Shown one piece after another: positions 1-13,125 of a stretch of DNA of 64,000 nucleotides; the first letter of the stretch is position 1, and each line of letters begins with the position of its first letter. Under the pieces are notes generated by a model. It searched no databases, was not told the origin of the DNA, and saw only the letters and a list, made by a program, of their open reading frames with translations. A program made the translations under genes and the position numbers. This stretch comes from Iphione sp. A-MEVVRFRX5 (taxonomy: Eukaryota), in assembly GCA_976226885.1 (NCBI GenBank), contig OZ320313.1, positions 32,116,001 to 32,180,000 of the forward strand. Direction: 5' to 3'.

Positions 1-234
1 CAATGAGTGTGTTTTAGGGTTAACTATGCTCGGTTGAGTGTTGAGGTGTTGAACAAGAACTACTTACTGTGTCACTGTGGTGTACAACACTTAGTTATCT
101 GTGGACTGCTAAGAGGTGATTTTGGTACTGTTTTACTAATGCTACATGAAGACTGTAACAGTCCAACCGTTTCTTCCATTTTTAATACAATGCATAGTTT
201 AAACAATTACTCTGGTGATTCCACCATTTCGAAT

Positions 235-1185
235 GTGTTGTAAAATATTGAATTACTCATTGGAAAATGTACGGAACATTTCGCATTGTGTCTTGTAAAA
301 AAAGACACTCATTTCGAACGATCTGTTGAGTTGGTACTGTAGTCTACAGTATATTAAAACAAAACAGTTCAACCTCTCTTATATATTGAATATGCTGTAG
401 GAGTTGAGTCGTGTAATCAAAGTATTCGTCCCTAATACTTGTTTCTTCAACATGTTTATACAAAGACCATATGTAGTGTCTCTTTGTTCATATAGATTGT
501 ATTGTACAGTCTATATTGTAATATTCTTTGAAAAATTCAAAGAACAGGTAGTTTTTAACTACAACAACTAGTACTGGAGTATGTACGTAATATCTCGCAA
601 TGCGTCTTGTAAGAAAGGACGCTTATTTCGAAGAATCTGTTGAGTTTGTACTGCATTCTACAGTATAGCAAAGCAAAAACAGTTGAACCTTTTTTGTATA
701 TTGCATACTCTGTAGAACTTAAATCGTATAATCAAAGTAATTGTGTCTAAAACCCATTTCTTGAACATGTTTATACAAAGACCACATTGTAGTGTTCCTT
801 TGTTTTTAAAATGTATTGTACATTCTACATTGTCATATTCTTTGAAAATTTAAAGAAAGGAGTAGTTTTAACTACGACAATTACTCACTAGAGCATGTAC
901 TAACATTTCGCAATGTGTCTTGTAAGAAAGGACGCTTATTTTGAAGGATCTGTTGAGTTTGTACTGCATCCTGCAGTATATCAAAACAAAAACAGTTCAA
1001 TCTTTCTTATATATAGGACACACTACAGAAGTTGAGTCGTATAATCGTCTCTTAGACGCGTTTCTTCAACCTGTTCATATGAAGAACAGGTTGAGTGTCT
1101 TTTCGTCTTATAGATTGTATTGTACATTCTATATTGTAATATTTTTGAAAATGCAAAGGAACAGGTAGTTCTCAACTACAACAAA
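235..1185. repeat. Degenerate tandem repeat, about 313-bp unit, about 3 copies
   Basis: Motif tcgca(a/t)tg(t/c)gtcttgtaa...atctgttgagt recurs near 281, 595 and 908. Confidence 0.8.
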
Positions 1186-1821
1186 GTTGCAAAGTAGAGA
1201 TTATAATGTCAGTGTGCTGCGGAATTGTCAGTTTTCGGCCTTTCTTTTGAAATTATACTATAAACTTCTTTCGTGTTCAAATGTTCTCTCTAATGCACAC
1301 ATATTTAAACCAAATTCAGTTGTTCCTTCACTAAACATGTTTAAACGGAAAATAGTCCGTTATACAGGTGTGCAGAATGTCACTTTCGGTCTTCCTTCGG
1401 AAAAATTGTGTATCTTTCATGCTTTAAGTGTTAGCGTAATTTCTACTACTCAGCCAAGTAAATTAAACAGCATTTCCCTTCCTAGAATACGCCAAAAACT
1501 TTATTCTATAGTGATTCCTTCATATTCGAAAAAAACAAAATTGGTTTGAGGTAGAATTTTGATTGCATAACCATATTGGCAGCAAACTTTGTTGTAAAAT
1601 ACAGGTTTATAGACTTGGATATTCCGAAAGTATTAACTAAAGCATTTGGTATTTTTGGGCTCAACTCGATATTGTTCTGGAAGCTTTATACGTACTGTAA
1701 TGAGTAGTAACGTGCTATATGTGTGTGTAATGTGCAATTGTTAGAAACATAAGTAAGACAAGTAAAGTTTTTGGATCTGCTGTTCCTGTTCTTGAAAAAG
1801 TCAAGATAGTTGATACAGTAG

Positions 1822-1980
1822 TGTATTGGTCCACAAGTCAGTCTCACCCTTTCGTATGCAAGACGCATAATTACTAGTTTTGTGAAGTATAGTTGAAACA
1901 GTAGTGTATTGGTCCACAAGTCAGTCTCACCCTTTCGTATACAAAACGTATAAATACTAGTTTTGTGAAGTTCAACTAGT
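1822..1980. repeat. Short tandem duplication, about 82 bp
   Basis: gtattggtccacaagtcagtctcaccctttcgtat occurs twice (about 1824 and 1906). Confidence 0.8.
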
Positions 1981-2119
1981 TTTTGCATTTTAAAAAAGGT
2001 TTTTTAAGAGTACGTACAGATCTTGTAGAACATAAACTTTCATTTTGGTGAGGAGAGGTCAGGTATGTTTGCCTAAGCTTGATTTGTTGTTAAATTTTTG
2101 TAACAGCACGAAGGAAGTC

Positions 2120-2362
2120 TTGCAACACATTTGAACTTTAAGTTAAGTGTATAGCTGGAGTTAAACACAAATGTGTGTATTTTATAACTGCAATGTTCAT
2201 GTGTTGCGGAAACAAAAATTCTGGAAGTAGAGTAACAGTCGTCAAAAACAGTAGAAGGGAGTCTTGGAAAACATTTGAACTTTAAGTTAAGTGTATAGCT
2301 GGAGTTAAACATAACATGTGCGTATTTTATAACTGCAATGTTCATGTGTTGCGGAAACAAAA
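2120..2362. repeat. Tandem duplication, about 147 bp
   Basis: aacatttgaactttaagttaagtgtatagctggagttaaaca...ttttataactgcaatgttcatgtgttgcggaaacaaaaa occurs twice. Confidence 0.8.
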
Positions 2363-2504
2363 AGAGGGTTGTGTGTTCAAAACGCTGACCGTTAAGTGTA
2401 GTGCAGCTTGTTTCCAAAAGTAATGTGTCAATTCAAGTAACTCGATGTCTGTAATCTTCAACAATTAGTAAGTGTTCATGTAATGCAATGTATGCCAATG
2501 TCAC

Positions 2505-3150
2505 AACAACTACTATGTTAGTTCATGTACCTTGACATGTACTGTGTTAGTTCATGTAATCGGACATGTACTATGTTTGTTCATGTAGCACTACGCGTAC
2601 TACAGTAGTTCACGTAAGCCGACGTGTACTATGTTCGTTCATGTAACTCGACATGTACTATGTTTGTTCATGTAAGCCGACATGTACTATGTTCGTTCAT
2701 GTAACCTGACGTTTATCAGTTCGTTCATGTAAGTCGACGTGTACTATGTTCGTTCATGTAACCCGACGCGTATTAGTTCGTTCATGTAAGCCGACGTGTA
2801 CTATGTTCGTTCATTTAACCCGACGTGTAATAGTTTGTTCATGTAAGCCGACGTGTACTATGTTCGTTCATGTAACCCGACGTGTATCAGTTCGTTCATG
2901 TAAGCCGACGTGTACTCTGTTTGTTCATGTAACCCGACGCGTATTAGTTCGTTCATGTACGCCGACGTGTACTATGTTCGTTCATGTAATCCGACGTGTA
3001 TTAGTTTGTTCATGTAACCCGACGTGTACCAGTTCGTTCATGTAACCTGACGCATACCAGTTCATGTAATTCGACGTGAACTATGTTGGTTCATATTTTT
3101 GATGTTTACTATGTTCGTAAACATACAACTTGACACGTACTATGTATGTC
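2505..3150. repeat. Minisatellite, 28/29-bp monomers forming a 57-bp dimer
   Basis: Units atgtaagccgacgtgtactatgttcgttc and atgtaacccgacgtgtattagttcgttc alternate. The 19-aa periodicity of ORF 2746-3045 reflects this. Confidence 0.9.
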
Positions 3151-3745
3151 TATGAAATCCAACGTTGATGTTTCCAATAACAACTTTGTGTCAAATGTAA
3201 CTTATTTAACATCTTTCTAGTTCGAACAAGTACTATATTAGTTAACTATACAACATCTTCTACAATAAAAAGAGTGTGTCCTTTTACACAACGCGACTAC
3301 AACTATGTCAGTGCACCCATATGTACGTCAAAGTTATATGACCCTATTGCAATGTATCTGATATGCCCCATGTTCATTTGTTGGAAAGGTATAAAATACT
3401 ATCATTTATTATGAACATAATTGAACTTTTAGTACAGTGCACGTATTGGACAACACATTTGTAGGATTGATTGAAGTACAACTGGTCTATATTCGTCACG
3501 TAACTTTTCATTTTTAAACTTGTACCTACTTTCGTCTGTTTTAGTAGTGTGACTGTATTTTGTTCGTTCATGAACAATGATGCGTAAGTTTGTCTGAATA
3601 GCTGAACATGTAATTGAGTTTTCGGGTTAGTCAACATGTAAATTATTGAAGCGTATAAGTACAAGCTAGTACTTGTCAGGCATTTTATATGAACGAAAAT
3701 GATTTATTGTAAAACAGTGAACAGTGTTGTAGTATTGTGCTTGAA

Positions 3746-5009
3746 ACGCTCAACCTACACTGGTCTTTCACTTGCACTTATCTCCGTGTAATCACTCTTT
3801 AGAAAGATAAATAGAAAAAGAAGGCCTCTTTTTCAACTGATACTTACCACGCACATTTTCAACAATTTTGTCTGATGCCTAACTTGCACTTTAAACCCTT
3901 TCATCACTCTTCATGTAGTCATAGTGGGCAACTCTGGTGCCAAGTAACGGTCGGTCTTACTGATGTTCAATGGAACCACAACATAGGTACATATACTATT
4001 TTCTATGTTTCCTGCGACGTGCAGGCTTTCCATACGGTCCAATACTAGTATAGTTGTTTTCTTGTGTAGCAGTGAACACTTTTACAATTTCTTGCCTCTG
4101 ATATTTCTTTTCCTTAATATAAAGGAACAGGCTTTTCTTAACTGATGCCCAACTTCCATACACTCTACAACACAATTGATATTTCACTTTTACTTCTTCA
4201 ACACTATGATCACTCTTCCTAAAGTCACAGTGTACAAGTTTGTGACAACTACCAACATATGTACATGTACTAGTATTTGTGGTTTCCGCCTCTTTCTGCA
4301 AACTTTAGATGTGGTCGCAAAGTAGTTTACGGTTTTCATTTCAGTCATCCAATAATGAGTTTTAGGTTAGTGTCCTTACGCTCAACCTACACTGGTCTTT
4401 CACTTGCACTTATCTCCGTGTAATCACTCTTTAGAAAGATAAATAGAAAAAGAAGGCCTCTTTTTCAACTGATATTTACCACGCACATTTTCAACAATTT
4501 TGTCTGATGCCTAACTTGCACTTTAAACCCTTTCATCACTCTTCATGTAGTCATAGTGGGCAACTCTGGTGCCAAGTAACGGTCGGTCTTACTGATGTTC
4601 AATGGAACCACAACATAGGTACATATACTATTTTCTATGTTTCCTGCGACGTGCAGGCTTTTGATACGGTCCAATACTAGTATAGTTGTTTTCTTGTGTA
4701 GCAGTGAACACTTTTACAATTTCTTGCCTCTGATATTTCTTTTCCTTAATATAAAGGAACAGGCTTTTCTTAACTGATGCCCAACTTCCATACACTCTAC
4801 AACACAATTGATATTTCACTTTTACTTCTTCAACACTATGATCACTCTTCCTAAAGTCACAGTGTACAAGTTTGTGACAACTACCAACATATGTACATGT
4901 ACTAGTATTTGTGGTTTCCGCCTCTTTCTGCAAACTTTAGATGTGGTCGCAAAGTAGTTTACGGTTTTCATTTCAGTCATCCAATAATGAGTTTTAGGTT
5001 AGTGTCCTT
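3746..5009. repeat. Near-perfect 632-bp tandem duplication (3746-4377 / 4378-5009)
   Basis: Copies are almost identical. ORFs 3996-4301 and 4628-4933 differ by one residue and are offset by exactly 632 bp. Confidence 0.95.
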
Positions 5010-5089
5010 GTAAAAGCAGTTATAATGTGTGCTTGCAGTGATCTGACTACATTCTAAAGCAAGTTGTGGATGTATTACAATTAGAAATG

Positions 5090-7930
5090 CGTGGAACTTC
5101 AGACATGAGTCCTACCAACATGTATACATGTACTAGTTTGTGGTTTCTGTTCCCGTCGGCAAACTTTAGATATGGTCCCACATATAACATTTAAAAACTA
5201 CTTGGTTTTTGATTTACACTTCTCGCTTTTTGTCATTTTCTTCCTGTATCGCACTAGTCACAGTGTACAGATTTTGGTTGCAAGCAACCTTCAGTTTTAG
5301 TGATGTTCATGAGACCTACCAACATGTGTACATGTTCTAGTGTGATTTCTGTTTCTGTTTGCAAACTTCACATATGATCTTCAAAAACTACACAGTTCTT
5401 TACTCACAATTCTTCTCTTTTGTCATGATTCTTCCTGTACTAAACTAGTCACAGTGTACAGGTTTTGTGTGCAAGCAAACTACAGTTTTAGTGATGTTCA
5501 TGAGACCTACCAACATGTGTACATGTACTAGTCTGTGGTTTCTCTTCCTGTCTGCAAACTTTAGATATGGCTCTACATATAACATTCAAAAACTACACGA
5601 TTGTTCACTCACACTTTTTACCTTTTGTCATATTTCTTCTCGTCTAAAAGGTCATGTACATGCATACTAATACCAGGTACTGGAAGCTTTGTGTTGTAAC
5701 AGTAGGGCAGAATAAGTGGGACAGAGACGTGGGAAACTGAAGAAGAGCTGAAGCATAAGATAGTGTATAGTTAACGGAGTAGAACACATTTGTATGAAAA
5801 TGAAGTGGTAAGCTCGTCTGTATTCTGATCTTTGTACAACATAATGCAGAAAAGGAATTGATGAAGAAAACATGCGCACTAGTGTTATGTTGGCCATGCT
5901 TTTACGGGTGGTGTCATAGAAATGTGCCAGCCATTTGCTGTTAGGGACAAAAGATGACATGGTTGAAGAGAGCAGAAAAATGGGAGACTACTTTAGGTAG
6001 GTACACAGAGAAATGGTAGGCTAAGGTAGATGGATATATAGAGTGAAATGGTGTGCTGAAGGAAACAGGTGCAGAGAGAGATGGTGGGCTTAGGTAGACA
6101 GGTGCAGAGAGAGATGGCAGGCTGAAGTAGATGGGTGCAGAGAGAGATGGCAGGGTGGGGTAGATGGGTGCAGAGAGGGATGGCAGGCTTGGGTAGATGG
6201 GTGTAGAAAAAGATGGTGGGCTTTGGTAGACAGGTGCAGAGAGAGATGGAAGGCTGAGGTAGACGGTTGTAGAGAAAAATGGCAGGATGGGGTAAAGGGG
6301 TGCAGAGAGAGATGGTAGGCTTAGGTAGAGGGATGCAGAGAGAGATGCCAGGGTGGGATAGACGGGTGTAGAGAGAGATGGCAGGCTGGGGTAGACAGGT
6401 GAAGAGAAAGATGGTAGGCTGAGGTAGACAGGTGCAGAGATAGATGGTAGGTTGGAGTAGATGGGTGCAGAGAAAGATGGTAGGCTGAGGTAGACAGGTG
6501 CAGAGAGAGATGGTAGGCTGAGGTAGACGTGTGCAGAGAGAGATGGCGGGCTGGGGTAGACGGGTGTAGAGATAGATGGTGGGCTGGAGTAGATGGGTGC
6601 AGAGAAAGTTGGCAGGCTGAAGTAGACGGGTGCAGAGATAGATGGTGGGCTGAGGTAGATGGGTGCAGAGATAAATGGTATGCTTGGGTAGGTAGATGCA
6701 GAGAAAGATGGTAGGCTGAAGTAGACGGATGCAGAGAGAGACATTAGGTTGAAATAGACGGGTGCAGGGAAAGATGGTAGGATGAGGTAGATGGGTGCAG
6801 CAAGAGATGGTGGGCTGAGGTAGACGGGTATGGAAATGTAAGTAGTGAAACCCTTGGGGATCAGTGAGCATGACCTTTGAACCCATTGCAGATATGAGTG
6901 TTAATATTCTCCCTGTTGTTTGAATGGCACCTGTCCGCATGAGTTCAGACTGAGTGGATTACCTGATCATGTGAGGGTCGTAAGACCGGTTCTTCACTCA
7001 CACTTCTTACTTTCTGTCATATTTCTTCTTGTACTGAACTAGTCACAACGTACAGGTTCTGCTTGCAAGCAACTTGGTTTTAGTGATGTCCATGAGACCT
7101 ATCAACATGTGTACATGTACTAGTTTGTGGTTTTTGTTCTTGTCCATAAACTTTAGATATGGTCCTATATATAACATTCAGAAACTACACAGTTTTTCAC
7201 TCACACTTATTCTTTTTTGTCATTTTTCTTCCTGTACTAAACTAGTCGCAGTGTGCAAGCAACCTGCAGCTTTAGTGATGTTCATGAGACCTACCAACAT
7301 GTGTACATGTACTAGTCTGTGGTTTCTGTTCCTGTGCGCAAACTTTAGATTTGGCTTACATATAACATTCAAAAACTATATGGGTCTTCACTCACACTTC
7401 TTACCTTTTGTCATATTTCTTCTTGTACTGAACTAGTCACAACATATAGGTTCTGCCTGCAAGCAACTTGGTTTTAGTGATGTTTATGAGACCTATCAAC
7501 ATGTGTACATGTACTAGTTTGTGGTTTTCGTTCCTGTCCGCAAACTTTAGATATGTTTCTATATATAACATTCGAAAACTACATAGTTCTTCACTTACAC
7601 TTCTTCATTTTTGTCATCTTTTCTGTTGTACTGAACTAGTCACAGTGTACAGGTTTTGTGTGCAGGCAACCTTCAGTTTTAGTAATGTTCTTGAGATCTA
7701 CCAACATGTGTACATGTACTAGTTTGTGGTTCTTGTTCTTGTGGCAAACTTTAGATATGGTACTACATATAACATTCAAAAACTACACAATTCTTCACTT
7801 ACATTCTCGTTTCTATTATATTTCTCTCTGTACTAAACTAGTCACAGCAACAGGTAGTAGTATTGTCTTAACGTTCAAAAACTACATCGGTTCTTCACTT
7901 ACACTTCTTACCTTTTGTCATTTCCTTTCT
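5090..7930. repeat. Degenerate satellite (about 180-210-bp unit) interrupted by an unrelated block at about 5640-6990
   Basis: Repeated gtgatgttcatgagacctaccaacatgtgtacatgtactagt(t/c)tgtggtt...gcaaactttagatatgg. Related copies lie inside the 632-bp unit and near 8090 and 8520. Confidence 0.9.
6040..6830. repeat. 33-bp purine-rich minisatellite
   Basis: Unit like gtagacgggtgcagagagagatggtaggctgag, about 24 copies. It produces 11-aa periodic antisense ORFs (SLSAPVYLSLP). Confidence 0.95.
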
Positions 7931-8924
7931 GTACCTAACGGGACTCTGGTTTTTAGGAACAGATGCTCACTTTCCATATTCACAATCACATAATGCTTCA
8001 CTTACTTTCTTCACCCACGTATTTATTCTTCATGTAGTAACAAGAAGCAAGTGTTGTTTGTAAACAACGCTCAATTTTACTGATGTCCATGAGAACCATT
8101 AATATGTGTACATGTACTTGTTTGTGCCTCTATTGCTTTCTGTAAACTGAGACTTGGTGAACATGAGTTGATGTATTTATGTATTTGAAAAGTTTATATC
8201 AATGTTCCTTGAAGATCATTAATAATATTTTAGCGCACCTATTAAAATACGACTCGTGGTAGTTGTTTTGTAAAAAAAAAAAAAAAAAAGAACAGTATGG
8301 TTCTTAAATGTTCAACAACCATATTTGTTCTCACTCGTTCACTTTTTTTGTCGTCACTCTTACTGAATCCAGAAAAGGAGGTTTACTCTATATGGTGCTC
8401 ACTTTGTACACTATTAACAATGACAGTATACGGTTGACTGACATTCCAGTAGTTGTATAATCACTCTTCATGTTGTCACAGTGTGCAAGTTTTTTTTGTA
8501 ACAAACCCTAGTGTACCGATGTCTACCAAGCCATCAATGCATGTATATGTACTAGGTTTTCTGCTTTCTGTCGCTTTTGGCAACAAGCTGCAGTAACACC
8601 CGACTACCCAGTGTATGGTCATAGTTTAACAAACATCATAATAAAGAATCTCAATGACCTATTCTAGTTGTGACTTATCTATTACAAATATACACTAGGA
8701 AATATTTGTAAAGTGTACACCACAAATAGTTTGAGTAAAAGTAAAACAATTTTATTTACAACTTTTTTGTACTTAATTCTTAATATTTGTAATAGTTTGA
8801 ATGAAATTCAATATATTATGGCATTATATAAAGCGGCTCTTTATATGAAGTAAAAGCGGCAGGCAATAATAGCTGATGAAGACCGGATGACTTGTGTTTA
8901 TGGAAAACCCTACAATTGAGACGT

Positions 8925-9150
8925 CAGGCGCTGGAGTTGTCGTTTGTGCCGCCACTGTGCCAGGCTTAGTTGGCTGCCAACTATTGCGGCTACAACACAT
9001 TTAAACAGTAAGTAAGTGGTTCACGGAACAAGAACTGTCAGACGCTGCAGTTGCCGTTTGTGCCGCCACTGTGCCAGGCTTAGTTGGCTGTCAACTATTG
9101 CGGCTACAACACATTTAAACAGTAAGTAAGTGGTTCACGGAACAAGAACT
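8925..9150. repeat. Tandem duplication, about 117 bp
   Basis: cgtttgtgccgccactgtgccaggcttagttggctg...acggaacaagaact occurs twice. Confidence 0.9.
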
Positions 9151-9569
9151 AAGGAAGACTGCAGCTAAGTTGAAGGAATAAGGGATATGACTGATTATAG
9201 TAACTTCAAAATTACTCACTAAAATTAATAATTAGCAAAATGCTTATAAACCATCAGGAATCACTTAACAACAAATAATGATGTGCTAATATCTCAGGAG
9301 ATGCTTTAGGATTTGGCGCTTTACTTTTTCCTGACCGCCAGGTTGCGTCTTGATACTGTACTGTTTTCAAGTAATTCTTTTAATGTGATTTGTATTGGAT
9401 TATGTTATGTAGGAGTGAGTTTATCTGTCTATCAAATTAAAAGTTAAAAATACTGAGAATACTGCTTATTGTTTACTATGATTGGCAGTCGAATGAACTA
9501 GAATGTACTTGACATACAGCGTCATTGACAAAGAAATGTAATTTACATAATGAAAGACTCACTTTCAAG

Positions 9570-10700
9570 CATTATTTTCATCCACAGATATATCTTGCGG
9601 TGGCTGGAAGAAAGACTGGCATGCTGTTCTGATGTGTTCCAGAAGAGGTCTTATTTTAGTTAACTTGTTTGTTTGATCCTCACTGCCAGGGGGAATTTGT
9701 TTAATGGCGATGCTCTTCCTGATATTCAAGTGCACTAGTTGTTGAATAAAAATTATATAAATGGACAATAGTACTGTCAGCTATAGCCACGCCCATCAGG
9801 CGACGGTAATTATGGATAGCGTAACGTACTAAGTATAATTCCAAGCGTGCACGATAGGTGGCGCCACTCTCAAGTGTTTATATTTTCAGCGCAACAGGCA
9901 CAGCTGTGCAGTGCTTGATTTTTTTTTTCTTTTTTTCTTCCCATTTTGCTAATAAAGGGACGTCTCTCGTCCACGTTACTGCCCTTCTGTGTTCTCGTGT
10001 CATATTTGCTAAAAAGACTTATTAGTTGCTAACACGCTCCTAGCTAGCTCTGTTAGCTACAGCCACGTTCATCAGGCGACGATAATTATAGTAAGTTTTT
10101 CATAGTTGTTCCTTGAAAGGAATCTTCTTGCCCAGCCACCCGAAAAAAGAGTACCCTGGGACCAATTACGTTCGAGGTCTTTGCGTTTAGCAAACCTCCA
10201 AAAAATTATTATGGCTATCATTTTTCGAATTTCCTGGGTACAGATTTCCTGACAAGATCCGTCTGATTTGTTCCCATAGCTAGGTTTGTCGAGAACATGT
10301 AGCCAACCGTATAAGTTGGTGTTAGTGACTATCATGTGGAAACATAAATTATCTAAATTATTTATCAGTCAAACAGTAACAATTTTACACAAATATCAAA
10401 TGTCAACATGGTCATAAAGGCAACAGTATATGATTTTTTATCTTTCATAACACTTTAACGTACTCATATAATTATATCACTGCAACATCGGACAAACCCA
10501 TCACAAAAGCATTATATAAATAAAAGCATTTTAATCCATGCTACACTAACCTCGAGAACTGATTCATCAAAGAAAAATTGAAAAAATAATTTGCTCTGGT
10601 GAACTTGGCCATCCCCAGTCTGGTGATACAATCCACCAGGTAGGGCCTTGGTAAGCGTGATGGCAGAAATTTGACATTAGATTGCAAATAGTCAATGTCG
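9570..10700 (-). pseudogene. Fragmented piggyBac-family transposase relic
   Basis: Colinear fragments IVTNTNLYG...QEIRKMIAIIIF...ERNWSQGTLFSGGWARRFLSRNNYEKL (10072-10335) and NKLTKIRPLLEHIRTACQSFFQPPQDISVDE (9570-9700) match the PGBD-type N-terminal half up to the first catalytic Asp. There is a weak SPEQIIF-like segment near 10590. The relic is interrupted and the rest is missing. Confidence 0.8.
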
Positions 10701-12049
10701 GAATTCGCTTGAAGCTATTAACAAAGGAGAACAATTTATGTTGATTTAAAATTGCCGGAAATTAGTGTAGAAATAGAGAAGTCCGGTAGTGATTGAACTA
10801 GCAAGAGATGACTGCGTAAGTGTTATCTGACAACTGGGTGGGACGCAGATGATGGCCATTGTCTGAACAAAGTAGTTAGAGACTTAGTAGCCGAAAGAAA
10901 AATTTGGTACAGTAGGTCTGGGTTTGAACAATTTGACGTTATACCGACTCGCCGTTGTAACGCCTAGTGTCGTCCGCAGTAATTACGTGTTAACATAACG
11001 TTTACGTTTTAGGAAATGTGTGCGTAATATATCGGCTGTAGAACGTACTCCGTGAAGGCTGCTGTGTTTTCGTTGAAGAAACATAGGCATACTGAGTTAG
11101 TAATTTTCACTTTCATTGAAATATATTGATAAATGTAGCACGACTGTCAAACTTTGACATTACGTATCAGTGGCTAGTGTTAAAGTTTGTTTGAGTGAAT
11201 AGGTATCGATTAGGCCGATACTAGGAGCCATGGGTTTGTATTTTTTGGGTTGCAAGCGTTGAGAACGTATTAGATAAAATACGAGTACACAGATTACTAG
11301 CTATAAAGCTTGAGTTTGAAGTTAGAGGGAAGCAGAGAAGTCTCGTAATCATGCAATACATGGCGGCAGCTTCCGACATTGTCGCCGCGAAGTGGAGAAC
11401 GCTCTACACTAAAATTAGAAACGATCAGATTGGTCCGCAACGCCATCTAATGAGAAGTGGGGGAGTTACGGCGAAACGTTCATTGAATAGATATAAGTTG
11501 AGGTAAAACATTTGCCAGAAATTCCTCCAGCTATGTCTGTAAAATTGGAATTTCATGCGTCTCCATTATTTATCATGCAATATGTAGTAAAAGCAATAAA
11601 ACACAGCACTGTAAAGGCCTTATGTATAGCAGAAGTTCACCAAACAGCTCAGGTGTGACTGTCCCAGAATGAAAGTATACACTTATTTTACTAGGGAACA
11701 GCACCGTCGATGTATACTACAGTTTGTAAGAGTTGACCCGTTTCATACTTTATTTTATTACACTGATAAGTTCTTGAATATTCAAAACAATTTCCTTTTA
11801 ATTCACTAGCATTACTACTATATGATTAAAGGATGACTGAGGAAACTCTCTAACAAAAAACTCAACGTCCGTTGCGTTAAGCGTGATAACACTAACGACT
11901 TGGACACATATTTGTATAACTACATATTTTGACACGTTAATATAGATGTAAATCGTATACAATGTGTGTTAAGTGTCGCATAGTGCAATTATTTATAGTT
12001 TATATACAAGACAATAATGAACTTCTAGTGGCTTTGTAAACACAAATTT

Positions 12050-13125
12050 TAATGTTCAAGTTATACAGTGTCCCTCATTACAGCGGCACACAGAACATCA
12101 AGGTATATGATGACTGGCAGCCTGTCATTTGCTGTCATACTGCTTCGCTCTTGGTAGATCCATCACTTGTACTTCTGTGGCAATGTCAACATTGCAAGTT
12201 CCTCAAGCTTGACATAGTACACCTGTCAAAGCAAATGAAATTAATCAAACTACATTCAATGTAAGGTGTATATACTGATCACTCGTATAAAGTACAATGT
12301 TCTAAATGTAACATGTTCTCATTCCTCAGGATGTAGGTGCAATTGAGCTTCCTTATAACAGCACAGGTAGCAAAAGGGCAATTTGTCATAAAAAGTGCAT
12401 TGCTTACGTCTGATCGCCCCTCATACTCCTCGTCATATGCACCTGGGGAATCATCTGGAAACCTTTCCCTAACAGCCTCACGCAATTCAATGGGGAAGAT
12501 AAATATTTTGGCTGTACCACCAAGACTAGCGCCGAACTGAAGCAGAAGTAGAAGGAAACAACTTAGAGCTTATTTACTGAAATGATCCCTATCCCTTGTA
12601 CATTGTTCACATTACAGTGCTTACATGTTTGCATTTTCTCAAAACTATTTATATTTCAGTTAGGATCCTGAGTTCCAGATCTATAGCATAATTCATAATC
12701 TCATTCAGATGCAATTGTCACTTATGCATTTACTGGTATGTTGATCTGCCCTCACCTTGGCTGCTGCCCATAAAGTGCGGTAGATTTTTCTTCGTGATGC
12801 TGACCATTGGATCAGGTTTATTAGACTGTGTGATACGTGCAAGCTGTTTGAAAAAATCATTACAGGGCTTCATCATGTGCATTTCAAAATATTTCTTATT
12901 ACAGATCAGCAACGGCTCAAGAAAACAAAATGCTGTACAAGCCACTCTATAGTGTATCAACAAGGTTGCGCAATTGGCTCGTGTCGTTATCAAGAATTTC
13001 TCATTCTCATTCAATGTACTTATCCTTGCATTTATGAAAGACAAATCAAAGTTAACATACCCTTTCTCCTCGAATGCTTGGATTAAAATGTCCATCGCTG
13101 AAATGGTCTTTTTAGGAGTTTTTCT
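12050..13125 (-). pseudogene. Degenerate multi-exon gene of unknown function
   Basis: Protein-like segments KTPKKTISAMDILIQAFEEKGYVNFDLSFINARIS... (12730-13125), FGASLGGTAKIFIFPIELREAVRERFPDD... (about 12400-12530) and ELAMLTLPQKYK*WIYQERSSMTANDRLPVIIYLDVLCAAVM (about 12070-12210), next to AG/GT sites. One in-frame stop is visible. Confidence 0.45.

Noticed and set aside
2505-3150. CRISPR-like appearance of 28-29-bp repeats, and ORF 2746-3045
   Set aside because: Units are contiguous with no unique spacers, there are no cas genes, and the context is eukaryotic.
5941-6940. 267-aa and 315-aa ORFs
   Set aside because: By-products of a 33-bp minisatellite that lacks stops in two frames. No unique coding context or splice support.
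5090-7930. Satellite antisense translates to HKLVHVHMLV, like the Rep HUH motif PHVHMLVW
   Set aside because: The match is limited to about 18 nt of a near-palindromic catgtacacatg core. The flanking EFQxRG and W are absent, so it is most likely chance.
8860-9360. Possible piggyBac C-terminal Cys-rich domain and TTAA-flanked TIRs
   Set aside because: Only vague fragments were seen, and no matching TIR pair with TTAA could be identified.
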